A stretch of 62,906 nt of DNA from an archaeon (lineage in GTDB: Archaea; Thermoplasmatota; Thermoplasmata; WALJ01). How positions within the stretch are numbered: the stretch's first letter is position 1; every line of letters starts with the position of its first letter. A program made the translations under genes and the position numbers. Shown one piece after another: positions 9,432 to 18,384 of this stretch. The notes under the pieces were generated by a model. It saw only the letters and a list, made by a program, of their open reading frames with translations. It did no database searches and had not been told where the DNA came from. The stretch is taken from NCBI GenBank assembly GCA_024278375.1, contig JAJRTH010000093.1, positions 1 through 62,906 of the forward strand, in the 5' to 3' direction.

Positions 9432-9809
9432 TCATTCACCTGTGAAGGTCAGCCAGTGGATGAGCTTTGTCGGGTTCTCATCCCTGATTTCTATACCTAT
9501 TTCGCCCAAAGCCGGATTGGTGCCTCCCAGAGATATCTTTCCCATGAATGCGGCCTGCTTGCTTATGCTGAACTTTATCCTGTCTCCCTCAATCTTTCCC
9601 ATGAGAAAGTGCCTTGCGGTGTCCCTTATCCTGAGGTCCCTCAGTATCTCCTGAAATCTGTCCAGGGTGTGTGTCCTCGCCACTATCTTTCCATCCGATT
9701 TTTCGATATCCGCATCCGGAAATATGTTCAGCACAGCCTTTCTCACCTTTTCATCGTCTTCCGTGTTGTGGACCTCTGCTTCTATGCTAACTTCCATGGG
9801 GGTGCGCAT
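9432..9809 (-). CDS. UPF0201 family (COG1931) putative RNA-binding protein
   Basis: Start moved to an internal ATG ('MRTPMEVSIEAEVHNTEDDEKV'); ATG at 9797 is also possible. The upstream 50 codons of the track ORF look non-coding. Confidence 0.55.
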   Translation of the reverse strand: MRTPMEVSIEAEVHNTEDDEKVRKAVLNIFPDADIEKSDGKIVARTHTLDRFQEILRDLRIRDTARHFLMGKIEGDRIKFSISKQAAFMGKISLGGTNPALGEIGIEIRDENPTKLIHWLTFTGE

Positions 9810-9845
9810 CCGTATCCTTATTTTAATCTTCCGTGTCGCAAAACC

Positions 9846-9854
9846 TATTTTATA
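9846..9854. promoter_or_regulatory. TATA-box-like element in the divergent intergenic region
   Basis: 'TATTTTATA' lies between the UPF0201 gene (minus strand) and the M20 peptidase gene (plus strand), about 27-35 nt upstream of the TTG at 9881. Confidence 0.35.
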
Positions 9855-9880
9855 CCCGCCGATTTCCGCACGGTGATTTC

Positions 9881-11101
9881 TTGAATCTCTCCGAAACGGT
9901 CGAATCTCTGAAGGATGAAATGGTAAAGGCGATGGTGGAGATGCTGAGAATAGAGGCAATAAGCCCGGAATCTGGGGGGAAGGGGGAGCTAAAAAGGGCC
10001 GAGTTCCTTGAGAAATGGATGTCTGGATTCGGTTTCGACGAGATAAAGAGATGCGATGCGGAGGACTCCAGAGCGGAGGGAGAGGTCAGGCCGAACATAA
10101 TCGCCACGATATACGGGAAGAACAGAGAGCGCACAATCTGGGTGATAAGTCACATGGACACCGTTCCCGTGGGGGACATCTCCAAATGGGAAACCGACCC
10201 GTTCGACCCCGTAGTCAGGGACGGGAAAATATACGGCAGGGGAGCGGAGGACAACGGACAGTCCCTGATAGCGTCCATGTACGCTGCAAAGGCTATAATC
10301 GATTCCGGAATGAAACCGGATTACAATTTCTCTGTGGCGTTTGTCTCGGACGAGGAGACTGGAAGCAAGTACGGGATACAGCACCTTGTGAAGCTCGGAC
10401 TCTTCAAAAAGGACGACCTCGTGGTGGTTCCTGATCACGGTGTGCCGGAGGGAAATGAGATAGAGATAGCCGAGAAATCTATTTACTGGGTCAAAGTTAC
10501 GACATACGGAAAACAGACGCATTCCAGCATACCACATACGGGAATCAATGCGCTCCGTGCCGGCTCCAGATATCTCGTTGAGGTTGATAGAGCCCTACAC
10601 GAAAGGTTCTCCGAAAGGAATGAGCTGTTCAGTCCGCCTATATCCACCTTCGAGCCTACGAAAAAGGAGGAAAATCAGCCCAACATAAACGCCGTTCCCG
10701 GTGAGGATGTTTTCTACTTCGATATGCGCATAATACCGGAGCACAATATAGCCGACATAATGGGTCTGATGAACGAGGTCGCCGAAAGGGTTTCGAAGGA
10801 GACCGGCGCCAGGATAGTCCCGGAGGTTTACAGGGGAGAGCAATCGCCACCGCCTACACCCCCCGATTCCGAGGTTGTGATGAGGCTGAGCAGGGCCATA
10901 GAAAAGGTTAGAGAGATAAAGCCCAAATTGGTCGGCATAGGTGGGGGAACCTGTGCGGCATACATAAGGCAGGCCGGAATCCCTGCGGCGGTGTGGAGCA
11001 CGATAGATGAGACCATGCATCAGGCTAACGAGTACTGCAAGATAGAGAACCTGGTTAACGATGCGAAGGTGTTTGCGCTCCTCGGGTTTCGGCAGATCTG
11101 A
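9881..11101 (+). CDS. M20 family metallopeptidase (ArgE/DapE-like)
   Basis: 'ISHMDTVPVGD', 'GRGAEDNGQSL' and 'VSDEETGS' metal-ligand motifs. Start moved from the GTG at 9833 to the in-frame TTG at 9881, because a TATA-like box lies inside the longer ORF. Confidence 0.75.
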   Translation: MNLSETVESLKDEMVKAMVEMLRIEAISPESGGKGELKRAEFLEKWMSGFGFDEIKRCDAEDSRAEGEVRPNIIATIYGKNRERTIWVISHMDTVPVGDISKWETDPFDPVVRDGKIYGRGAEDNGQSLIASMYAAKAIIDSGMKPDYNFSVAFVSDEETGSKYGIQHLVKLGLFKKDDLVVVPDHGVPEGNEIEIAEKSIYWVKVTTYGKQTHSSIPHTGINALRAGSRYLVEVDRALHERFSERNELFSPPISTFEPTKKEENQPNINAVPGEDVFYFDMRIIPEHNIADIMGLMNEVAERVSKETGARIVPEVYRGEQSPPPTPPDSEVVMRLSRAIEKVREIKPKLVGIGGGTCAAYIRQAGIPAAVWSTIDETMHQANEYCKIENLVNDAKVFALLGFRQI

Positions 11102-11136
11102 GGGAAATTTTTTTAAACCGTAGCGGATGCATCGCC

Positions 11137-11799
11137 ATGGCAAGAAGAAGGCACGAGAAGGAAGAAGAGGAGGAGAAAGAGGTCTTCACTCCTCCGGAGT
11201 TCGACGAAAAGGAGTATATACACAAGGAGGTCAACAAATCAAAAGCCAGCATAGCGATAGTCTTTCTCGGTCTGATTTTTGCCGTGCTGTCCACCGTTGT
11301 TTTTCTCAGCACCCTCTCATGGGCTTACGGCGCTCTGATTGGCCTTTCCGGCTTCTTTTTCTTCAAGTTCGTATACCCTCTGTTCAGGGTCGATGTTTTC
11401 ATTCTGGAAAAGAAGGACTATCTCGCACATGGCTTCGTCTATCTCTTCACATGGCTTGCAATCTTCATACTCTGCATAAACATGCCGTTCGCAGACCTTA
11501 CCGGCCCTTCGATATATGACGTGCATCTCCAGGGATATCACAACGATACATGGCTGCCCTACAACACCACCGGAGATTTCTCGGCCTACAGGATAGTCGC
11601 CACCGTGACCGACAACTCCGACATAGTCTCCGTTGAAATCAGGGAGTTCAACAACGACAGCTGGGCTGAGATGGAGAAACTGGACGATATCAGATATTAC
11701 TTCTCGGTGCCGTCTCCGCCGGAAACTTCCATGAAGTACTACATAAAGGCCACAGACGCCAACGGACACGAGACCACCATATCCTGGAAAATGGCCTGA
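11137..11799 (+). CDS. membrane protein with C-terminal beta-rich domain, unknown function
   Basis: 220-aa ORF with an acidic N-terminus, about 3 hydrophobic helices, and a C-terminal Ig-like-looking segment. Confidence 0.4.
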   Translation: MARRRHEKEEEEEKEVFTPPEFDEKEYIHKEVNKSKASIAIVFLGLIFAVLSTVVFLSTLSWAYGALIGLSGFFFFKFVYPLFRVDVFILEKKDYLAHGFVYLFTWLAIFILCINMPFADLTGPSIYDVHLQGYHNDTWLPYNTTGDFSAYRIVATVTDNSDIVSVEIREFNNDSWAEMEKLDDIRYYFSVPSPPETSMKYYIKATDANGHETTISWKMA

Positions 11800-11841
11800 T
11801 CTGGCCAGAAAAGTATAAATTTATGTTGAAGATGACGCTCT

Positions 11842-12138
11842 ATGCCAACAGAAGAAGAGATTATGGAAGCTCTTAAAGAGGTCTATGACCCGGAGATAGG
11901 GCTGAATGTGGTCGAGCTCGGGCTCATATATGGTGTTAAAGTCGAAGGAAAGAAGGTAAAGGTAACCATGACCCTGACCGTCCCCGGCTGTCCCCTCGCA
12001 CAGACTATAACAGAGTATGTGGGCAGGAGAATCCATCAGATGGAAGATGTGGAAGATGTGGATGTCGAACTTACCTTCGACCCGCCATGGAGCTTGGAAA
12101 GGATGACTCCGGAAGCGAGGAAGAAGATAGGACTGTAA
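11842..12138 (+). CDS. Fe-S cluster assembly protein, DUF59/MIP18 (SufT-like)
   Basis: 98-aa ORF. 'EVYDPEIGLNVVELGLIY...TLTVPGCPL' is the canonical DUF59 signature. Confidence 0.75.
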   Translation: MPTEEEIMEALKEVYDPEIGLNVVELGLIYGVKVEGKKVKVTMTLTVPGCPLAQTITEYVGRRIHQMEDVEDVDVELTFDPPWSLERMTPEARKKIGL

Positions 12139-12168
12139 GTTTTATATTCCCTATTTCCATCCTGTTCC

Positions 12169-12684
12169 ATGCCTGAATTCGTGGACGAGGACCTGAAAGT
12201 AGAAGCCGCTCTCTTTTCCGCAGGTAAGCCTCTGAGCATCGCCGAGATAGAAAGAATAACCGGCGTAGGAAGGAGAAAGGTTAGAAAGGCTCTAGATTTT
12301 CTGATGGAGGAGTATGCTTCGAGGGATACGGCCATAGAGATAGTCAAGATAGGCAACAAGTACTCCATGCAGCTGAAGGAGAAATATGCGGGCATAGCAA
12401 TGGAGGTCGTTCCGATGGAGCTTCCCAAGGAGGTTCTCAAGACCGCTGCGCTCATAGGCTATCATCAGCCGGTCAAGCAGGCGATGCTGGAGGAAATGGT
12501 GGGATCAAGGGTGCTGGAGCACATAAAAATCCTCGAGGATATGGGTCTGATAAAGAAAAAAAGGGAAGGGAGATATATGGTCGTCCACATCACGCCGAAG
12601 TTTGCGGAGTACTTCGGGCTGGAAGGTGCGAAACCCGAGGACATAAAGAGAATACTGGCTGAGAGGGCTGGACTAGATGGGTAG
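12169..12684 (+). CDS. scpB: segregation and condensation protein B
   Basis: 171-aa ORF with an 'EAALFSAGKPLSIAEI' winged-helix N-terminus typical of ScpB. TAG stop. Confidence 0.7.
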   Translation: MPEFVDEDLKVEAALFSAGKPLSIAEIERITGVGRRKVRKALDFLMEEYASRDTAIEIVKIGNKYSMQLKEKYAGIAMEVVPMELPKEVLKTAALIGYHQPVKQAMLEEMVGSRVLEHIKILEDMGLIKKKREGRYMVVHITPKFAEYFGLEGAKPEDIKRILAERAGLDG

Positions 12685-13267
12685 GCTTCCGGAGAACGGA
12701 GTTGCCTATGAGACGATAGTCATCACGGAAAACAGACATACGAATGCCACAGCGCTCTCCGCAACCAGAAAAGGCGAGCACATACTCCTGCGCTCCTTCA
12801 AAGGCTCCAACACCTTCGAGAACCTGAGAAAAACGGAAAAATTCTCGGTAAATTACATCTCTTCGGAAAACAAGGAGGCGTTCATAAAGGCCGCCGTGAA
12901 GGGCTGGGGGGACGAGGAAAGAGAATTCTCAGATGAGGAAATATCCAAGAGATACGGGTTTCCTGTCCTGAAGATCGCCTCGGGTGTTGCTATATGCACT
13001 GTTGAAGACAGAGAGCTTGAAAGGGTGGAGGACGAGATAGGAGAAACCGAGGTTCTGAAGGTCAGAGGAAGAATTGTGCTCTGGGAAGGGGGCGCGGAGA
13101 ATGCCATAAAAGTGGGTGAGGACAGGAACATAATGGCTCTTGTCGCATACACGAGATACCTTATATCTGAGGGAGAAGTGAGGGGAAAGTACCGGAAAAG
13201 AGCCATGGAGTTGGCAGATGATAGGGATGTGGTGGGAAAGTGGGTGATTAGAAACCTACAGCCCTAA
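12677..13267 (+). CDS. DUF447-like split-barrel protein
   Basis: 196-aa ORF whose ATG overlaps the scpB stop. The call rests on overall resemblance to archaeal DUF447 proteins and is tentative. Confidence 0.4.
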   Translation: MGRLPENGVAYETIVITENRHTNATALSATRKGEHILLRSFKGSNTFENLRKTEKFSVNYISSENKEAFIKAAVKGWGDEEREFSDEEISKRYGFPVLKIASGVAICTVEDRELERVEDEIGETEVLKVRGRIVLWEGGAENAIKVGEDRNIMALVAYTRYLISEGEVRGKYRKRAMELADDRDVVGKWVIRNLQP

Positions 13268-13291
13268 TAGTGTACACTCTTTCTTTTTCTT

Positions 13292-14098
13292 TTACTTTTT
13301 AAAAACATGCCCACAATACGGGCAGAATTTTGAATTTAATGGTATTTTCTTTCCGCAATCTGGGCAAAGTTTGGCTACCGCTTTTTTCTTTTTGGTTTTA
13401 GATTCTTTTCTTTTTTCTGTAACAAAGTCTGTGGTATCATCTTCCATATTTTCATCGCCGGTCATAAAGTCCTCTGTTTCATACTCCTCGAACTCTTCTT
13501 CAGGGATTGTTAAATCAATGTCAAAATCGTCATAGTGTTCGTTTGTATTTTGCTCAAAATTCTTATATGTTTGTGGAATTACTTTCATATGAACCTTGTT
13601 TTTAGGTTTATTTGATACAACATAAGAATTTTTATATCTGATTTCTTTTATCTCTCTAAGTTCCTTTTCTCTTCGGTAATCTTCTCTCATTTTTCTATGA
13701 AGTGCTTCTCTTTCTTCTTTATTATTAATTATATCTATATAAATAGATATAACTATCGATAAAATGAATCCTAGAGATACTATACTTGGTCCAACACCTA
13801 TTATCCATTCTAAAGAGTCTGGAATATTTTGTTTTATAGATAAAATTATATTTCCATTAATATATAGTCCTATTATAGAAACTATTATGCAAAAACTAAC
13901 CCTTTTTATTTGGACTGTGAATAATAACATTAACGCTAGTATAACTATCACTAAATATGCAATAGCGCCTATGTTATATTTCCAAATGAGATCTATACCA
14001 TTCACAGAGTACATTTCTGGAATTACAAACCATGGTAGAAACACCCCAAAAAGCGAAATTATGCTGCTAAACACACCTGCCAAGTATCTAGGTTTCAC
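13292..14098 (-). CDS. membrane protein with charged linker and C-terminal zinc ribbon
   Basis: 268-aa ORF in an AT-rich islet. About 4 TM helices, a Glu/Lys-rich linker, and a 'CPDCG...CPYCG' ribbon. Confidence 0.5.
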   Translation of the reverse strand: MKPRYLAGVFSSIISLFGVFLPWFVIPEMYSVNGIDLIWKYNIGAIAYLVIVILALMLLFTVQIKRVSFCIIVSIIGLYINGNIILSIKQNIPDSLEWIIGVGPSIVSLGFILSIVISIYIDIINNKEEREALHRKMREDYRREKELREIKEIRYKNSYVVSNKPKNKVHMKVIPQTYKNFEQNTNEHYDDFDIDLTIPEEEFEEYETEDFMTGDENMEDDTTDFVTEKRKESKTKKKKAVAKLCPDCGKKIPLNSKFCPYCGHVFKK

Positions 14099-14174
14099 AG
14101 AAGAGCATCGAATTCTTATATTTAGATTTTTCGTTATTTCTAGCAGTATTACAATTTACAAATCACCTAGAATC

Positions 14175-14771
14175 TTATATCGAGAGAAACACCGATATCA
14201 GCACAGGCACAGCCATGCTCAGCACAGAGCCGTTGTAAAGCCCCCACAAAATCGCCTCCTTTCCCGAGAATCTGGTTATCAATGGCAGTGTGGTGTCCAT
14301 AGCGGTGGCTCCTCCCATCGCTATGGAAACCTCCGAGGGGGCGCGCTCTCCGATGAGCGGCACCGTGAGATAGGTCATTATCTCCCTGCCTATGTTTGAG
14401 AGGAAACCGAGAGCGCCGTAAATCGGTGACACAACTGATATCATGGGGCCTGCGAGGGAATACCAGCCGAGGCCTCCGGCAACAGCGAGGGAGAATTTCA
14501 GCGGGACTCCTGTCACTGCGCCTGCGGCAATCCCACCCAGGAGCGCCCCCGATATGGAAAACACAGGCAACAGCAGCGGCGATTTCCTTCCGCTCTTAAG
14601 GGCCTTCTTTATCGGTTCCGGATTGTATCCAACCGCAATTCCTATGAGAAGCATCAGGATGTAGAGGAATGCCATGCCGGATTGTGAGTAAAACAGAGAA
14701 TGCTCCGGCAGGAGATATCCGACTAAAATGCCCGAGAGCAGCGCTCCCCCCGTATACCTAATCACGGGCAA
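14175..14771 (-). CDS. LysO/DUF340 family membrane protein (large part)
   Basis: 198-aa polytopic ORF with TTG start. Overlaps the upstream small DUF340-like ORF by 14 nt. Confidence 0.5.
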   Translation of the reverse strand: MPVIRYTGGALLSGILVGYLLPEHSLFYSQSGMAFLYILMLLIGIAVGYNPEPIKKALKSGRKSPLLLPVFSISGALLGGIAAGAVTGVPLKFSLAVAGGLGWYSLAGPMISVVSPIYGALGFLSNIGREIMTYLTVPLIGERAPSEVSIAMGGATAMDTTLPLITRFSGKEAILWGLYNGSVLSMAVPVLISVFLSI

Positions 14772-15021
14772 GCCTCCTGAGAATCACAGCTCCCAGAATG
14801 GAGCCGAGAACAGTGAGAACCGCAAAAATCACCGACTGATAACCTATCAGAAGAGCACTGCCCCTAACGCCGGGGCTTGCGCCTATGGATGCACCCATGA
14901 AGAATATCAGAAGAATAAGAGGCAGTGTTATGGAGCGCTCGTCTCTGAATTTCACGCCCGTTTTCCTGAGGAGAGCTCCGAGAAGAGCGCCGAACAGAAG
15001 CGTAAGAACCAGATAAAGCAT
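14758..15021 (-). CDS. LysO/DUF340 family membrane protein (small part)
   Basis: 87-aa ORF with 3 TM helices. TAG stop. Arrangement is typical of split archaeal DUF340 pairs. Confidence 0.45.
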   Translation of the reverse strand: MLYLVLTLLFGALLGALLRKTGVKFRDERSITLPLILLIFFMGASIGASPGVRGSALLIGYQSVIFAVLTVLGSILGAVILRRLARD

Positions 15022-15050
15022 GGGAGCGAATGAGCGAAGGTATTTTTCTT

Positions 15051-16298
15051 TTACCCGTAGAACCTCTCAGCCATCTCCCTCGCCCTCCTAATGGCCTCCT
15101 CCTCGCCGTCTATCCTCCTGTTCCTCATCAATGTCCTTCCGTCACAGATGACCGTGTCCACAGCGCTCCCATTGGCAGCATAGACCGCACTCGATTCCCA
15201 GTTATGCATCGGCGTCATCTCAGGAATGTCTGATCTTATGAGGATTATGTCCGCCAGATATCCTTCTTCTATCTTTCCGGCGTTGAACCCGAGGGCCTGA
15301 GTGCCCCATTCCGTTGCCATCTTTAGGGCCTCGTGGGCAGGCAGAGCCGTCGGGTCTCCGGATAATTTCTGCAAGAGCGCTGCCGTTTTCATCTCCTCGA
15401 GCATGTCGAGATTGTTGTTGCTCGCCGCTCCGTCTGTGCCTAAAACGGGTTTTATTCCGTGCTTCCTCATCCGGGAATAGGGCATTGCCCTACCAACAGC
15501 GAGCTTCATATTGGATGCCGGATTGTGCGAAGGCCAGACACCTCTTTTCGCGTAAATCTCAATGTCCCTGTCATCGAGCCATACGGAATGCGCGGCGATT
15601 ACATCGCTTCCCAGGAACCCCATGGAATCGAGGTATTTCACCGGGCTCATGCCATGCTGCTCAAATGAATCTTTTACCTCCTTTTCTGTCTCAGAGACAT
15701 GGGTATGGAGCCTGAGCCCTTTTTCTCTGGCAAATTCGGCGCTCCACTCCAATCCTTCTCTGGAAACGGTGTAGATGGCATGAGGGGCGACCGCTGCCTT
15801 TATTCTGGGATTGTTCATGGTTTCAACGAATCTCACGAATTTTTCCGTCTCCTTTATCTCGTTCTCCCTCTTTTCCTCATCGAAAAGGTCGATGAAACCG
15901 TAGCCGAGGAGAGCCCTTACTCCCGAATCCTGGACAGCCCTTGCGACATCCTCCATGAAGAAGTACATATCGTTGAAGGCCGTTGTTCCCGACTTTATCA
16001 TCTCGATTATGGCCAATCTTGTTCCCCAGTAGACCATCTCTCCGTCCAGTTTTGCCTCGGCGGGCCATATCCTGTTCTGAAGCCATTCATGGAGCGGCAT
16101 ATCATCCCCGTAACCTCTGAGAAGAGTCATCGCAGCATGGGTGTGGGTGTTCACCAGACCCGGCATGGCAATCGTATTCGCCCCGTCTATTACCTCATCC
16201 GCCTCCGTAATCCTTCCAATCTCTGAAATCCTGTTTTCTTCGATGTATATATGAGATTCCTTACCACCGAGGAGCGTGTTTTTTATCAAAATTGACAT
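15051..16298 (-). CDS. mtaD: 5'-methylthioadenosine/S-adenosylhomocysteine deaminase (amidohydrolase)
   Basis: 'GLVNTHTHAAMTLLRGYGDDMPLHEWL' and 'HVSETEKE' motifs. Start moved to 'MSILIKNT'. Confidence 0.8.
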   Translation of the reverse strand: MSILIKNTLLGGKESHIYIEENRISEIGRITEADEVIDGANTIAMPGLVNTHTHAAMTLLRGYGDDMPLHEWLQNRIWPAEAKLDGEMVYWGTRLAIIEMIKSGTTAFNDMYFFMEDVARAVQDSGVRALLGYGFIDLFDEEKRENEIKETEKFVRFVETMNNPRIKAAVAPHAIYTVSREGLEWSAEFAREKGLRLHTHVSETEKEVKDSFEQHGMSPVKYLDSMGFLGSDVIAAHSVWLDDRDIEIYAKRGVWPSHNPASNMKLAVGRAMPYSRMRKHGIKPVLGTDGAASNNNLDMLEEMKTAALLQKLSGDPTALPAHEALKMATEWGTQALGFNAGKIEEGYLADIILIRSDIPEMTPMHNWESSAVYAANGSAVDTVICDGRTLMRNRRIDGEEEAIRRAREMAERFYG

Positions 16299-16396
16299 GA
16301 TTATGGCAGAGATTAACGGTATATGAAGATTTTGGATTGCTCCCTCCATTCCTTAGCCCTACACAGAAAGCATATAATACAAAAAGAATTGAGGCT

Positions 16397-17041
16397 ATGA
16401 TGCGTATAAAGGTCGCTACCGATTCGGAAACCCTCATAATCGCACCCTTTCTCCTAGGCCTTACATGGTTAGGTCTCGGGCTCATATCCTGGCCTGATGC
16501 CTTCTGGATTCATCTTTTTGCCTTCCTTTTACTGATCGCCGTCTCTGTCTTTTTTCTGCTCTTTTTCCGGGACCCTGAGAGGGTAGCGCCCACCGAAGGC
16601 ATTGTTTCTCCCGCAGACGGGGTTGTGAAGCACATAAAAAACGATGGTGGGGCCGTCAGGATTGCCGTGTTCATGAACGTTCACAACGTACACGTTAACC
16701 GCGCTCCGATGGACGGAAGAATCACGGATATCAGGCATGTCTTCGGCGGATACCTCCCTGCGTTCAAAAAGGAGTCCGAAAGAAATGAGAGAACCTACAT
16801 AACCATGGACACCGAAATCGGAAGGATTGAGATTGTGCAGATTGCCGGAGCCATGGTAAGAAGGATAGTGACCTATGTCAGAGAAGGAGATGAAGTGAGG
16901 AAGGGGCAGAGGATAGGCATGATACGGTTCGGTTCGAGGGTGGATCTGATACTGCCCGGGAAAAAGGTTAAAGTGATGGTAAAGTTAGGAGATAAAGTGA
17001 AGGCAGGTGAAAGTGTAATTGCGCTCCTCACTGAAGTTTAA
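16397..17041 (+). CDS. psd: phosphatidyl/archaetidylserine decarboxylase proenzyme
   Basis: 'FFRDPER', 'SPADG' and the self-cleavage region 'IRFGSRVDL'. Start moved to the ATG-ATG at 16397. Confidence 0.75.
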   Translation: MMRIKVATDSETLIIAPFLLGLTWLGLGLISWPDAFWIHLFAFLLLIAVSVFFLLFFRDPERVAPTEGIVSPADGVVKHIKNDGGAVRIAVFMNVHNVHVNRAPMDGRITDIRHVFGGYLPAFKKESERNERTYITMDTEIGRIEIVQIAGAMVRRIVTYVREGDEVRKGQRIGMIRFGSRVDLILPGKKVKVMVKLGDKVKAGESVIALLTEV

Positions 17042-17762
17042 CAGAATCTCCGCGGCGGATGCCATATCCGCACTAAACGGCCTTTCCGGCTTCATAGCCG
17101 TGATTTTCTTCGTGAACGATCTCATACTGGCCGGTTCGCTGTTCGTTGCGCTCTCGGTCCTTCTGGACGGTTTCGACGGCGTGGCCGCAAGAAAGTACGG
17201 AGTACGCCATGAAAAGGGGCCTCAGATAGATTCCATAGCCGACACCGTATCCTTCTGTGTTGCACCAGCCACGGCCCTCTATTCCGCCTTTTACGTACCC
17301 GGTGCCCCCTATTCTCCGCTATCCCTTCTTACGGTTCTCGCCTCAGCTCTGATAGTTTTCATGGGCATAGTTAGGCTAGGAACCTTCTGCGACGAGGGAC
17401 ATCTCATAGACCATTTCAGCGGCCTTCCCACCCCTGCTGCGGCCATGGTGGTGCTCTCCTCCATCCTAGTTTTCAGAGAAAAAGGTATCGTGCACTCTCC
17501 CTATACAGGTGTGGGTCTGGCTGTTGTTATCTCCATGGCAATGGTCCTGAAAATCGATTATCCCAAGGCTCGCGGAAGACTGGCCCTGATATCGGGTCTC
17601 GTCCTCTCTTACTTCATCATATCCGCGCTTCTCCTTCTGGAAGGTGTTGAGAGCGTGTTCCTGTCCGTTTCCCCTGTTTTTCTTCTGCTAAGCACAGCTC
17701 TCTATGCCGTGCTCGGACCCGTGTACTGCTCAAGAATCAGGGATAAATCCTCCTGCCCATAG
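17019..17762 (+). CDS. pssA: CDP-alcohol phosphatidyltransferase (archaetidylserine synthase-like)
   Basis: 'DGFDGVAARKYG...G...DSIADTV' signature. TTG start overlapping psd by 23 nt. TAG stop. Confidence 0.75.
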   Translation: MRSSLKFNRISAADAISALNGLSGFIAVIFFVNDLILAGSLFVALSVLLDGFDGVAARKYGVRHEKGPQIDSIADTVSFCVAPATALYSAFYVPGAPYSPLSLLTVLASALIVFMGIVRLGTFCDEGHLIDHFSGLPTPAAAMVVLSSILVFREKGIVHSPYTGVGLAVVISMAMVLKIDYPKARGRLALISGLVLSYFIISALLLLEGVESVFLSVSPVFLLLSTALYAVLGPVYCSRIRDKSSCP

Positions 17763-18309
17763 CCTCCACGGAATTATAGTATATCTCCATTATCCGCATG
17801 AGGTATGCCGGGCCCCACCTCTCTCTTTTTCCGTGAAAGACATCGTGGAGTGCGTTTACAAATTCAAAATACGGGCCGTCCTCATGTATCTCTGCCTTGC
17901 ACCGTACTTCGTAGCTTATGGAGGTCGGCATGTAGTACAGGAGAGTTATGTCGCTCCCCGCCCTTACATTCTCGTATGTGTGCTTTTTTGCAAGCTCCAG
18001 GCTCGTCAGAAGGGAAAAATCGATCTTCTCCTCATCGTATATTTCATCTCTGAGAAATCTGGCGACTTCGGCCATCCTCGGTGTGCCGACAAGCCTCTCC
18101 TTCATCTTTTCAAGGGTTTCTTCGAGAAATTCCTCCCTGTGGACGTATCCGATCCCCTTTATCGAGCCGTTGAGACCTGCAGGGCCGTCGGTTATGAATG
18201 CCGGGTTGTGTCTTGTGAAACCTATCGTGAAGTCGAAGCTGTCTGCCCTGCCCTGTATAATTCTGTCAAGGAGCGCTCTTCTCTCGAAAAATGCCCATCC
18301 GTGAAAACT
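17737..18309 (-). CDS. conserved-looking hypothetical protein without a canonical start codon
   Basis: The track ORF (17737-18105) starts at 'MKERL'. The frame stays open and protein-like for 68 more codons upstream ('SFHGWAFFERRALLDRIIQGRADSFDF...') up to a TAA at 18310-18312, with no ATG/GTG/TTG in that stretch. Confidence 0.4.
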   Translation of the reverse strand, partial: SFHGWAFFERRALLDRIIQGRADSFDFTIGFTRHNPAFITDGPAGLNGSIKGIGYVHREEFLEETLEKMKERLVGTPRMAEVARFLRDEIYDEEKIDFSLLTSLELAKKHTYENVRAGSDITLLYYMPTSISYEVRCKAEIHEDGPYFEFVNALHDVFHGKRERWGPAYLMRIMEIYYNSVEAMGRRIYP

Positions 18310-18384
18310 TTACATTCCGGGGTGCATGTTCCTCCATCCCAAAACGATATAAAGCATTTGTTTATCGGTTGGAGCAGTGATATT

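Noticed and set aside
8641-9654. Long Ser/Pro/Leu-rich ORFs opposite real genes (for example 8641-9654 plus strand, 22970-23596 minus, 45057-45662 minus, 54749-55585 minus, 3295-4029 minus, 21079-22224 plus).
   Set aside because: They are shadow ORFs antisense to well-supported genes (TIM barrel, nth, pyrB, ftsZ, csl4, radical SAM). They have low-complexity composition and no motifs.
17704-18384. A long N-terminal extension of the acyl-CoA synthetase ORF (the track ORF starts at 17704).
   Set aside because: The extension overlaps pssA and is antisense to the 17737-18309 gene. The AMP-ligase family N-terminus ('MVETIGDLLKKQAERFPD') begins at 18385, downstream of a TATA-like box.
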